Assembly: GCF_018977255.1 (NCBI RefSeq)
Contig: NW_024704743.1
Location: forward strand, 51,896,001-51,960,000
Length of the DNA: 64,000 nucleotides
Source of the DNA: Callorhinchus milii
Lineage: Eukaryota
Reading direction: 5' to 3'
The first letter of the stretch is position 1. Every line of letters begins with the position of its first letter. Positions 52,049 to 64,000 of this stretch are shown here, in pieces. A model generated the notes under the pieces. That model was not told where the DNA came from and did not search any database. It saw only the letters and a program-made list of their open reading frames with translations. The translations under genes were made by a program, and so were the position numbers.

Positions 52049-53874
52049 CAATTGTAATTCAGCTATTCCATATTCCAGTGGATGACCTTTGAAAGTAGTG
52101 AGCAGACTGTGCCTTAAATTTAAGTTCAGGACTTTGTTACGAACTCCAGCGTTATAATATAAATACTTTCCCTAATCATTTCAATTACCTTTTTATTGGT
52201 CCTGGACCAAAGCATCTCTTTAAACTGGACTTTGGGCTAGAATAAACTCCAGCCAGTTTCAATCCTGTTTCATTTGCATTTCCACAAGCCATCCAGAGCT
52301 ATATTTACACCTTAAATGGTAGCAGACTCAGAACTTCATAGAAGTCATGGGTAGCCCAAGGCCCACTCTAATTCTAATTGATGTAAATGAACAAAATAAT
52401 GAAAGCTTGTGAATGTTGACCTTGTTATACAGGGTGGCTCACCCCAATTAATCAAGGATCCTTTAGAGGATGCTTTAAGCTATTAAAAGGAAGGACTGGC
52501 TCCAGTGCTTTAGAAAGTTAGACACAGTTGTAGGCAACCCTTGCAATGCATTTGTGCTGCAGCGAAAATTCCTTACCATGTCCATGACAACAAGAAGTTG
52601 TACAATTGTTCGAATTTGGTACCTAATGTAAAATATTTAAAACAAAAATCACTCGGTGTGTTTCTTCGGTCCTGGCCTTGTGGCTGTAACACCCTTTTGC
52701 ATCCTTTTCAATTTTCTTCATGTCGCAAAAGGCATTTCAGCACATTTTATGCAAATGTTCGACCTCAGGAAAATGTCATATGTTCTTTGCGCAGGACCAC
52801 TTAGGGATTAATTTTACTACAGACACAGTAATAGTCATGAGGGAGACAAATATAAATCAGAAAAATAGCCATTGATCATAAAAAATGCCAGGATAAACTA
52901 TCCTACTTTGGTCTTTGTGGGGTGTATATTTTTCTGGGGCAGATGGATGTAGTGGCTGTTGGCATTGTTTTTTTCCACACATTTCCATAGCGTTGCCCCT
53001 ATGATTTTGAGAGCTCAGGACCTCTGTATCAATCCAATAATAACCATGGAGTAATATAATTATGTCTCGAGGCAATTTTAAGATGCTCTAAAGATGTTCG
53101 CAGAACGCTTGTAACCTGGAAGATAAATTACTGTTAATTTGAAAGAATAGCTCAAATACCATAGAATAGGTCTGCCGACCAATGTACGCCTTCTATTCGG
53201 TCTCTACCAAAGAAATGCATTATTTTGCAGTACAATCCTCTCTTCAGCCATATAACACATTACAGTGAATTAATACTAAATATCGAAGATCTAAAATTTA
53301 CATCCTCCAGTGCTCAACATTTCTAATTTATGCACAATTTTTAGAAATTCTTAAATTCAGCCTTGATTACAAGATGGTTTCCACAGTTCTTAAAATTCAA
53401 TTATAAGTTTAGGAATTTTCTAAAACTCTATATAAATTTGAATTTTTAAGACTTCAGACATCCAAGATAATGAAAAATGTTGGGTATCATTTTAATTTTA
53501 GGAGTACATTGGTGAACAGGAAGCTTTACAGTATATGCAAGAGAATTATATTGCCTATTCTAAGGAACTAAGTTCATGTCCATGTCCATTTCCAAAATTG
53601 TACTGCCAGGGATGTGACAGGCATACTCCCACCACGTTGTACTACAAATTAAAATGCATGAAATTGAATAAATTCTTAGTCATCTCAAGGCTGTCTGTCA
53701 ACCTCCCTCCCAGATTGTTAGGAATCAAATATAAATAATAGACACAACACAACATTATCAGTACGAAGCATCGATAATTTTCATTAGTAGTTATTTAGTT
53801 ATGATTGCCCTATCCATTAGAGCTTTTGCTCACAGGATTGAGGAGATATCTCAAATATTATTGATAAAGAAGAA

Positions 53875-54165
53875 AGGGGATTTGCATTTTTATAGCGGGT
53901 TATCGTAAATAATGCTCATAATCCTTACATTTGGTATAGCATCTTTCAAAGTGGGAGGATGTCTCAAATTGTTTCAGCATTTTCTTCAAAGTGCAGTGAC
54001 TATTTTGTAGGTTGAATCATCTCAAAGTGCTTTATATTACAGCAATTATTTCCAAGAGTAGTGCCTGCTTTTGTAGGCAAATATGGCAGTCATTTTGCGC
54101 ATAGTAAGGTACACAAATAGCTGTGAGGTGAATGACCAATTACTCTGGAGGTTTGGTGGCCAGGC
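53875..54165 (-). mobile_element. Stacked SINE tail fragments (Deu-type)
   Basis: Repeated tail segments tctcaaa and tttgtagg. Confidence 0.6.
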
Positions 54166-55249
54166 AAGATGGTCAGCAATAATAACACTAGGATTCCTGA
54201 AAATCTCCAGAGTCACCTCAGCCACAGAGCAACCTCCATGAGGATGGTTTTAAACTTGAAGATTGATATTTTTCCGAATGGATCCAGAATTTAGATAGAT
54301 AGAGAATTGTGTTCCAGATACATGCTCAATTCTACTGATATATGATTGCATAAAAAACAAAGTTTTTCAGACATTATATTAATGTCAATTATACCTTTCG
54401 TACACACAGCACATGCCAGTGAATCTTCCAGGAAGTGCAGCATAGTTGCTCTCCGAGTGTCACAGAAGTGGTCAGCACAAGGGATCTTGGTTGCAGTACT
54501 AAATTCACAAAAATAGAAAAGGCGTATATCACATTAAACAAACACAAGTGACAAAGTATTATGTGATGCAAGACATCCTCTGGCTTCTGAACAAAAGTAT
54601 AAACAATTGGAGCTTTGCTGTTAGGATTTATGACATCATCAGGTCCCCTAGAGTGCCTTTCAGTCTTGTCATCCACTTCCACTAGGGTTTCATTGTGTAA
54701 GTAACGCTCATGGAGATTGGTCCCAAGAGAATATTTTATCCTCCAGGAGACTATTTAAAGAGGTTTGTTCAGAAACCAAATACGACAGGGCTTCTACAGG
54801 GGTAAATAATCCAGGGAACTAATTAGTGGAGGGTGTGGAAGTTTTCCCACTAATGGTCATAAAAGTCAGTTTATGATGAACCATTCAGCTCCCCTTGGAT
54901 TTCTTACACTGCTAGAGGAAATGTCAGATATATAAATCATGAGACTGGTCCTAATCACAGCGATCATACATTTGAGGCAACTGTGCAGGAGACAAGAGAT
55001 AGCGTGAAAGGCCTCTGAGTAGGACTGTTGGAATGGTGGGCATGATATATGCTGGGAAAGTTGAACATTAAAACATAATGGATCTATTGTCAGACACCAT
55101 CCAGAACTCAATCATGCAAATGCAGATTGTGATCCATTGTCCACAATGGATTCCACCATGCAGGAACTGTCACCTTGTATTATTGATTATTTTACATTTT
55201 CAGGATCATCAGAGGCTGAGATGAAGAAGGCTTTACAAAGATTTCAAAG

Positions 55250-55465
55250 AATGTACAGCACAGCAACAGGTGATTCAGCCCAACCAGTCCATGCCTCCTT
55301 CAAGGCTATCTGAAGACCTTTTTTGACTGTGCCTTTAGTTATCCTCCCAACCCCACCCCTTTGTCCTCCAGCCCCTAGGTCAGATGCAAATCTTTGATAG
55401 TCCAGCATCTTGGGATGTCCTCCTGACGTGAAAGGCATTATGTAAATTTAACTTGTTGCTGTTGC
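55250..55465. mobile_element. CR1 tail (minus) joined to an L2 3' end (plus)
   Basis: acagcaacaggtgattcagccc followed by ..cttgggatgtcctcctgacgtgaaaggc..ttgttgctgttg. Confidence 0.7.
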
Positions 55466-55708
55466 TGAAGATTTAGCTTCCTCTTATTTGCATCTATAGG
55501 TTTTCAGACCATTTAATTTATTTTTTTCTACGACACCAACACTAGCTTCTTCCCATTACAGCAACAAGCTTTTTTCTCAAATTGATCAATGCTCTGCCAT
55601 AAACCACTCTTGATTTTAATCTGTTCCCATTGCTGATTACCTTCTATGTAAAGGAAGACTTCCTGGTATCTGTCTTTGTCAGTGGCTTGTGAATGCACAA
55701 ACTTGGAG

Positions 55709-55832
55709 GCAGTGTTATGAACTGTTTTAACCCACTTTCCTCTCTCTATAGATGCTACGTGACCTTCTGAGTGTTCCCGGCAACTTCTGTTTTTATTTCA
55801 GATTTCCAGCATGTGCAGTATTTTGCCTTTTG
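55709..55832 (+). mobile_element. Penelope-like element terminal-repeat remnant
   Basis: ctctctctatagatgctacgtgaccttctgagtgttcccggcaacttctgtttttatttcagatttccagcatgtgcagtattttgc resembles my recollection of the common shark Penelope-derived repeat. Confidence 0.6.
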
Positions 55833-58619
55833 GTTTGAAGGGCTGTATCTGATAAGGGAACAATTCTACAGGCACCTCTGAAAGGATGGCTACCTCAAAG
55901 TGCAGAGGATTATGGTCATTGCTGAGGGAAGGGTTTTCAGAGATGAGGGATTTAATTCATGTTGATTTTAATCAGATCAATGTCACAATTTAGTTTGAAC
56001 AACATCTTGGAACACTGGACCATCAAAGTGATATATACAACATTGGTTCTTAGTGTATAATATCGGAATATAATATTACTGGGCCTGGGATTATAATATT
56101 GTAGTGCCCTCTCAGACACACTACAATATCTCTTGAGGCAACTCAAGACTTCCACGTGTGGCTTGATGCCAAAAGGCACTACCAATGGCTTCTACATCTA
56201 CACATCCTAAACTGAGCATCCCTTTTTGTGTGGGATTCCTTTTTCCAATCTATCGCTACCTCAGGGGAGACATAGAGGTGGCAGCAAGAAACACGTAGCC
56301 ATACGTGTGAAAAAGAACATATTTGTCAACAGATCAGATGCTGAGATATACACAACAAACACAGAAATATTTCCTTTTTGAAGTATGTATTTAGACCTAC
56401 TCTTGTGCTTTGGTTGTATTCATTTCTGTTTCATTTCCTCTGACACTGCTGCAAGCATGTTTCATGGGTGAACAGAGACATGCTTACCTTGAAATCATTT
56501 CTGAACGTTCTTTGGTAAGAGTAAAGAGCAAACAAACACAAGGATACTTTTTTTCTTTTTTTTCTTTTTAATGTTGCCATGCAATTTATGTTTATTTCAT
56601 GCCAATTCTCTCCTTTTCTCCCCTCGTTCATCTTCTGAAGGCAGTGACTCACAATGGAGAATGCTTCCACAGGAGCTGGCTGCCCTCCAGTATCTCTCCC
56701 AAGTGGCCCTTCTTGTGTGAGAACCTAAACTGTGAGTTTCAGCAAGCTATTCAACCATGGAGGACATTACAGCTGAGCCCAATGTCTCACCCGATGTCCA
56801 CATGCACGTACTCTCCAGCAGATTCATATTACACAGCCTGCTCAGAATAATTGAGGCGCAAGCAAGCTTCTATGATTGTGAAGGATACAGATGTGTTGTA
56901 CAGCTAGTAAATAGGTTGGTTAAAGGTGGCATGAGGCATGGTTTCAATCATCAACCATTGTATCCAAAAGTCAGTCGTGTAGTCAGCTATCTGACTCAAT
57001 AATGGGGAATATGCAGCTGGCTCAGTAAGGATGAATGGGTACGTGTTGACCCTGGAGATTTGGCATTCGCCAAGTTGATGCTTTGTTTGGCATCGCACAC
57101 TAGCCACACACTGAGGGGCAAGGAGCTCTTATAGATTGATTGCCATTGCCTGCATCTTCCTGTGGTTGCCTTGCATCTCACCCAGAGCTATGAGAAAGCC
57201 ATCAGTAGGGTAAAACTTTTGCTGTCTGATAACAGAATTTCAGGATTTGTACAAAATGGATGAACCTGCCAGCCATCCTGAACAGGGCATCATTCACTTT
57301 CAAAATCCAGGTGGAAATGGTGCTTTGACTAATGCCAGCAAAATTATCCCATGGTGTCTAAAAAGAGCCCGTAACTAGGAAATTGATTGTTGCAGTCAAT
57401 TTCACAACCAGAGACAGCAGTTCTCCCCCTTCCCAACATAGTCACTGAGAATCCTTCCAGATCAGGTGCCACCATTCAACACAGCTCAGTCAGTCATTAC
57501 TTCCCTGGTGGGCATGATCATCTCAGACCTGGCACTTGTGCTTAGTTTAATCTGGGTATCCTAATCTCTTCCCCATGTTATGGCCAAGTGGCAGTTCTCC
57601 TCCTTTGTGGTTTCATCACTCCTTGCTCATCTTCCTGCTCTGGCAGATCCATTTGTACAATAACATTAGATCCTCCATTGTATTAAGGCCAATGTTTTTT
57701 TTTCTCAAAGTAGTGTGGAGCTTGACTTATTGGCAAACATCACCATTTTAATTACAGGTGAAAACCATTTATCTTTCAAAATGACCTCCCTCATAATTAA
57801 CTATGTTAGTCATTTTGAACACTACAGAAAGCATTTAATTCTTTCCATACTGTTAAGTATAACTTGGTGTGAATATATATCTTAATTTTTATGCAAATTT
57901 TGCTAAACTAATTTCTAACTAACTTGAAATATTAATAATAATAATAAAGAGCAGTAAATTGAGACTTGTGAGGTAGGTCTAATAAATTTGCTGGCAACAC
58001 TCATTGGCACGAATGGCCTCATTCTATACTGCAATTTCAATAATTCTCTGATGTTGGTTGACTTCTAGAAAATATTGCAATGCATATTGTTATACTGTAG
58101 GCATCCACATCATTTTTAATGGTCTATACTTTTCCAGGAGAATCCAATAGTTCCCATTTCCCTTCATTTTAATTTCATTATTTTTATTAAGAACCAGAGT
58201 ATAATTTAAGCATCTGTTACATAAACAATAGACCCATAGAAATACAGCAGCAATCTTGCTCTAATGGTTGATCCATCTGTGCCAACTTTCTGTGTCCTGA
58301 CAATAGTGTTTCGGGTTCTATAGTCTTGCAACTTTCCAACAATGAGATTGTGAGGAATAAAAGTGCATGTGTGTCTGTGTGTGTATACTGATGCCGGCAA
58401 AGCTTACTGTGAAGTGACTCACTGTTTAATCTGTAGGCCATACAAGGAAGATGGGCATTTTTGCTAATTTTTTAAAAATGTATTTCATGAATTTAAAACA
58501 GCCTGAGATCTTTCCTGCAGCTCTTTTTTGATTAGAAGTCAAGCACATCTAATAGTTTTTCCACTTTTATTACAATTTCATTATAATTTCAAGTTTGAGA
58601 ACAGGATCGGCCGACTATG

Positions 58620-58803
58620 CAAAGATTTTACAAGTCACCGGGGTATATTTTGTGATTCCTTAAATCATGTAAATAAGGACTCTTTCCAGTGGCTAAATTA
58701 CCTATTGGAACTCTGCTCTGATTCAATTTACAGCCAGAGTGGGAATTCTAACAAGTTTCCTTAAGGAATCTCATTAAGAATTACCACATGTTTGAGTCTT
58801 TTG
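58620..58803. repeat. Degenerate inverted repeat (MITE-like)
   Basis: gattccttaa is inverted relative to ttaaggaatc, with weaker flanking complementarity. Confidence 0.4.
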
Positions 58804-60184
58804 TCACTTTTACTGAACTATTGTATTTCTGAATAGTTTCATATAATTTTAAAACATTTTTTGAAATTTTTTTTAATAAGTGCATTCTTATCATTAAAAC
58901 TTGAGATAGAAAGCTTCATGTGGCAGACATAGATTTCCTTGGAAGTGCCATGTTATGACAGTGAAAATTAAGGGGAATGATTTTAAATCGAAAGAAGTTC
59001 AGACCTACAATAATGGATTTACTTTTGAGATTCAGAGGAATAAACTTTAAAATGTAAAATGTGACATTAAAAGTCCCTGGGTGTCACTTCTGTGTATTTA
59101 AGATCAGATTTCAGCATACTTGTTTTATTTATGTCTCCATGCTTGCACACAGAGTCTGTTTAGAAAGAATGCTTTGATGAATGTGACTGATGCCATTGGA
59201 AAGGATTAGAGATAGCCCCAGGACTCCTGGAGAGTTGGCCAACATTTAACTTCATCACAACCTTGAATTTGCGAGCCTGCCATTTCTAAACCCCTGCGTG
59301 CTGTGAGCTTGCAGTAAGCTTGCTGTGATTTTTGAAAGGACAATGCCACCCTAATTATAAACTGAAAGGTCACTTATAATTATAATGCTCTTTTTGTTTT
59401 GTGTCCAACTGAGCAAATCTGTTGGCCTCAGAAATTATAAGTAGCTCACATCGTTCTTTGGACACAAGGAGGGTGCTATTTTGTCTTTCTTTTTCAGAGT
59501 TGTGTTCTGAATGTTTCTTTCCATCATTTCCCTTCAGGAATGTAGCAACACAAACTGTGGTGCTCTTTGAATTTTCAGAGCTGATTTTTGTTCATTTATC
59601 AATGCAAAACCAGAACTTTCTTCCATGGGAAGTGATAGAAATACATAACATTGCATTGTTTTGAACAATAAAGGCAAAATATAAATACAACTTATGTTTA
59701 GAATTATCACCTACATGTGCACTCACTGCACTTTACAGTGAAATCCTTTGAAGTTCTTTGAGATGTTTTGAAGACTTGATAAGGTTCTAATGCTTACTAT
59801 CACTAATATTATCACAAGGTGGAATTATTTGAAAGAAAAACTACAATACCTACAACAGCATGTAAGATGCAGGGCTCAGAGATAAAAATGAATTTTACTA
59901 TATTTCTAAGGTACTACCTATTCTGAAGCACACCCTGAATTTGGATATGCCTTTTTATTTAAAAAAAAGTGCCTTGGAGCAATATGGTAAACAATAATTT
60001 TACATGTTGTATAGAATGTCAATAAGAATGAAGAAATAAGGTAAACTGATTCAGCAATTTCACAAAGGTGTTGAGGATTATTCAACATCAACTGGTTAAT
60101 CCAGGTCCTCATGTTGGGGTTTTGACAAGTAGACGTACTCGCCACAAAGCTGACTCTGCCTTCTGTGGAGCGACAGCTAAATCA

Positions 60185-60580
60185 ATAATTATAATCCATG
60201 CATTTGATATAGCACCTAAAACATCAAGACAACTCAAACTGCTTAACAAATAATTAAGGTATTATCAAGTGTAGTGATGGCTTTTTGTGGGCCAAGGCTG
60301 CTGACAATTTTCCATAAATTACACTTGTATAGCACCCTTCACATCAGAAAGACGTTATGACAATGGTCATAAAGTAAATGATCAATTTATGTGGAGGATT
60401 GTTGGTCAGGACGTTGAGACTTTTTTCAATCATGTCAGGGGAATTTTAACATCCGCCTAAATAGACAGACAGGATCTTGGTTCAACATTTCATCCAGAGG
60501 ATGACACCTCCAACATTGCAATATCCCCCAGTATCCCACATTAGAGTGTGAGCCTGGGCTATCAACTCAAAGTTCTGATA
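60185..60580 (-). mobile_element. Deu-domain SINE, diverged
   Basis: ttttaacatccgcctaaatagacagac..tttcatccagaggatgacacctccaaca. Confidence 0.75.
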
Positions 60581-62101
60581 TGTTATTTCTGCTGAATTTG
60601 ATGTCCACATACTCACTACACTTGACAGCAATTGCTTGTTGTTGATGTTAAAAGTGCTGTATCAAAGCCAAAGATTATTATTAATGTATTATTATAACCA
60701 ACATTTTGCGGTTAAATTTTGTCCATTGATGAAAGACAATAATAACTTGGATTAGTTCTGTTCAAAAGCAATTGTATCATTGAAATACAATCCAAAACAG
60801 AAGGCTGTCCATGGCTGTCCACAAGCCATCTGTTTTTCAAGCCTGAACAAATGACATGATCAGAAGCGAACACAACTGATTACTAATGAAAAGTTACAGA
60901 GGAGCAATTTTCAACCAGATGCTTGATACCAGTTGAGCTAGATCTTTAGAATTACTCGATTTAATGTTTCAGTGTCAAGACACAATGACATTGAACATTC
61001 AAGCTGCTCTGTTGTACTGTTTGTTTTACAAGTCGTTCTGTATTTTGCTGCTGCAGAGGTCACTGCTATAAGGATAAGTGTGTGTTGCAATTATAATCAA
61101 ATCACAGAGGAAAGGGTTGTACCAGGGTGCATTTGCTAATAATGACAAGATGGGCTGCACATCACATCTGTAGCCAAATAAAAAGAGAAGATGGAAGTGG
61201 GGTCCTGGGATGCACCAGCTGTTGCTGTCGTTTCTCCCTGCTGAGCTCAGAGCCCCAAGTCCCTTCCGGAAGGCAAAGCAATCTGTTGACATTCCCAACT
61301 CTCTACTACTATGGGACTCTTGACTGATTCTAAGAAGACAATCATCTGGCTGAGTGAACAAAAATCAATGCCTACAGTGAAAACTAGGAGAAAAACACAA
61401 AGCAGATGGCTGGAGGCCTGTGTGCTCCTGTTTCTGGAGCTGTTTACATTCTTAATTGACTAATTTCGACATGTAATACTACAATGACGTTTTTTAATAT
61501 GACCCACATAGCAGTCTAAGGTGTGAACTGGGACTCTCCTCAATTTAAAGCTGTTGCCTGCCCAAATAAATTAATATATTAATAGAGAAACTCTCCTGAA
61601 TATTTCTGAGGTCAGCAGTGTTGCAAACAATTTCTGAACTGCTTAAAATAATCTCTAAGACTGACACTGATCGTTCAGTGTCAGGCTGCTCTAATAAGCT
61701 GCTCAACTGAGTGGTAGGTAGGGCAGAAGCACTTTCCCTGCTATTCTTTGTGTAGAGAATAGCTGAGCCAAGCGGAAGACAGGAGGGTTGTTGCAGAGAG
61801 TGTGTCAACCTAAAGAGTTTCCCGGGCACCTCTGGTGTCAATGTCTGGATCACGACTGGCAGTGCCAGAGGGGTGGCAATAAGTCAAGGAATGTTGTGTA
61901 GTACAACGGTAATCACCGAAGGCGAAAATTATTTATAAAATGAAAATTTAACAATGTGAATAAGGAGTTAAATTAAAGGAATTGTCTCCTCATAAAAATG
62001 TATTACTATAAGGATATGAAATGATTTGTGTAAAACATTTATATATAAACGTTTTTTCACAAAAATTCCCATTTTTGGAAAAAGTAACATGCAATATGAA
62101 C

Positions 62102-62697
62102 ACATAGACCCGAATCATAACCTTCCTCAAACAAGCTGCTGAACTCTAGTTTTCATGATAATGTACAGCTTTATAATCCGTGCACTGGTTATCCTTTTAT
62201 ACCCCGCTCAAGTGGCCATTGTTCATGTGTGACCCTTGGCAGTGAGTGTTGGCAGGCCATTTGGCTTTACAAGGTGTCACAGCCGAACCTGACCTCTGCC
62301 CACTTGGCTGCCCCCTCACACACACAATCAGTAGACGGTACTGATGACAGACCAAGAGCAGGAATCCTGGCTGCTTTTACCTTCCCTAACTAAAGTTAAC
62401 CTTCCCTAAAGTTAAATGTATATTTCCGAATCATTAATATGGATGAAAATCAAGTAACGTCTCAGTGCAGATTCTTGGAATGTTCAATCAATCCAAGAAG
62501 ATTCATTTATTTCTATTCTCCAACTCCTATTTTGAGCCATCCCACTGCCAATGCCATTAATGCATTTTAATATAAGAGCTTTCTCAGCTAGTTTCTTTTG
62601 AGGCACTTGACCAAATACCTTCTGAGAATCTATATGTATATCATGAAAACTAGAGTTCAGCAGCTTGTTTAGGGAAGGGAATGATTCGGGACTATGT
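62102..62697. repeat. Long-range inverted repeat with 59-bp arms
   Basis: 62102-62160 versus rc of 62639-62697: 54/59 identical, including a 32-bp perfect stretch. Confidence 0.95.
62190..62400 (-). mobile_element. Ancient SINE (third family) inside the inverted repeat
   Basis: caagtggccattgttcatgtgtga..tcacagccgaacctg..gagcaggaatcctggctg..ttccctaac. Confidence 0.6.
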
Positions 62698-63597
62698 ATG
62701 CAATCCCTTTATCTACTCTCTCTGTGACTCCATCAAAAAAATTAACTAAATTAGTCAAGTATACTGATTCTTGCAAGTCAATTTCTCTCTTTCTTAACGT
62801 TCACAAATTCCATCCCGCATTGTCTTATTGTCTTATTGTCTTATTCTCTAAAAGCAGAAACAAAGTACTTAAGTAGCTTCGCAATTCTTTATTCTTTCAT
62901 TCCAAACTATAATTGACTTTTAGTTATCTAACCCTTTTTTTGGTCTATCCCCTTTTATTTACTTATAAAAGCTTTTGCTATTATTGTTCATATTGATTAA
63001 CAGTTCTTTTCATATTACTTCTTAAACTTCCTATTCTACACTTTTGCTACCCTGATAATCATTTTTACATTTATGGTAAATCTATAATCATTGCATGTTG
63101 TTTTTTTTAACCTAATATTTCCTACTATAAGAATCCTGTATTAAATCTCACAAGGTAAAGAAATATTGGTGAACACTTAATTTCCGAAACAACATGGTCA
63201 GTTGCTTACATTATTCAGCATCAGCAACAAGACTCAGTAGAACAAATAACTTTGAGTAATATTTCAAATCATTCATTTGGGCTTCAAGAAATCTTAGATA
63301 ACATATGCAGTTTGCCAGAGATAACTGCTTGTAATCTATACTACAGTATGTATGCGACTTGACAACCACCTTTCAGCGACAGATGTGTGCATGGACAAAT
63401 TTTTCTTGAGGCTATTGAGTCTTGACAACATTGGAACTCCTTATTTATTGACAAAACACGGTGATCTTGTTATCAAATTTGTCCATGACTTTGTGGGATG
63501 ATTAGGATATATTTTTCTTTATCTAGCAAGATAGTTTTTTTTGTAATTAATATTTCATTCATTCTATCAATCCAATCTACTGCCATCAGTGGGTCCT

Positions 63598-63907
63598 ATA
63601 ATAATAATCCTTGCATTTGATATAGCGCCTTATCACATCTTTGAGACGTCTCAAAGCACTTCACCGAATATACTGTAAAGTGAATTGACTGTATATTTTG
63701 TGGGCAAAACATGGTAGCCAATTGCACACAGCAGTGTCCCAAAAACAATCATAGATTGAAGTGACCAATTTATTATATTTTTGTTTGGAGGAATTATTAG
63801 CCCCCAGTAAAGCGATCTGCCAATCGACAACCAGATTCCTATTTATTGCTAGGTAAACAGAGGCGTGTGGAGCAAGGAAACTTGCCCAACATTTCGTCCT
63901 GCCCAGG
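63598..63907 (-). mobile_element. SINE2-1_CM-like, long form, head truncated
   Basis: Family match. Confidence 0.92.
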
Positions 63908-63924
63908 TCTCTTATTAATAATTA

Positions 63925-64000
63925 TTAAAATAATAATAATAATAATCCTTGCATTTGATATAGCACTTTTCACATCTTCTAGACTTCTCAAAGTGCTTCA
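63925..64000 (-). mobile_element. SINE tail running off the end of the window
   Basis: (TAA)n followed by ccttgcatttgatatagc. Confidence 0.9.

Noticed and set aside
39219..56510. Isolated strong splice donors (minus near 39224 and 56488; plus near 12815 and 44710)
   Set aside because: The implied exons are not frame-preserving or recognisable; this many are expected by chance in 64 kb.
1..64000. CRISPR array or prokaryotic operon/defence system
   Set aside because: The sequence is eukaryotic and repeat-rich. The recurring ataatccttgcatttgatatag motif is a dispersed SINE tail, not a regularly spaced repeat.

Overview
This is AT-rich vertebrate non-coding DNA (a large intron or gene desert). 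The repeat families point to a cartilaginous fish, most likely a holocephalan such as Callorhinchus milii; that is an inference from recalled repeat consensus sequences. No intact protein-coding gene is recognisable. The only ORFs with real protein homology are decayed L2 and CR1 LINE ORF2 fragments, and the recurring short ORFs are translations of SINE copies. The window carries dozens of retroposon copies: a young tRNA/CORE-like SINE (SINE2-1_CM-like) in long and short forms, an older Deu-domain SINE, a third ancient tRNA-headed SINE, an LF-SINE-like remnant, L2 and CR1 3' ends, and a Penelope-like terminal-repeat remnant. It also has several palindromic MITE-like elements, local duplications, and repeat-free stretches (about 38.7-44.2 kb and 48-50 kb) that look like conserved enhancers. 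I cannot demonstrate a new biological system. The best leads are a 59-bp near-perfect long-range inverted repeat (62102/62697), a tandem double hairpin with a GNRA loop (56096-56148), a duplicated enhancer-like block (39657/42707), a four-copy palindromic element family, and a candidate 12-nt microexon (48477-48488, minus strand). All alignments were done by eye and repeat boundaries are approximate.
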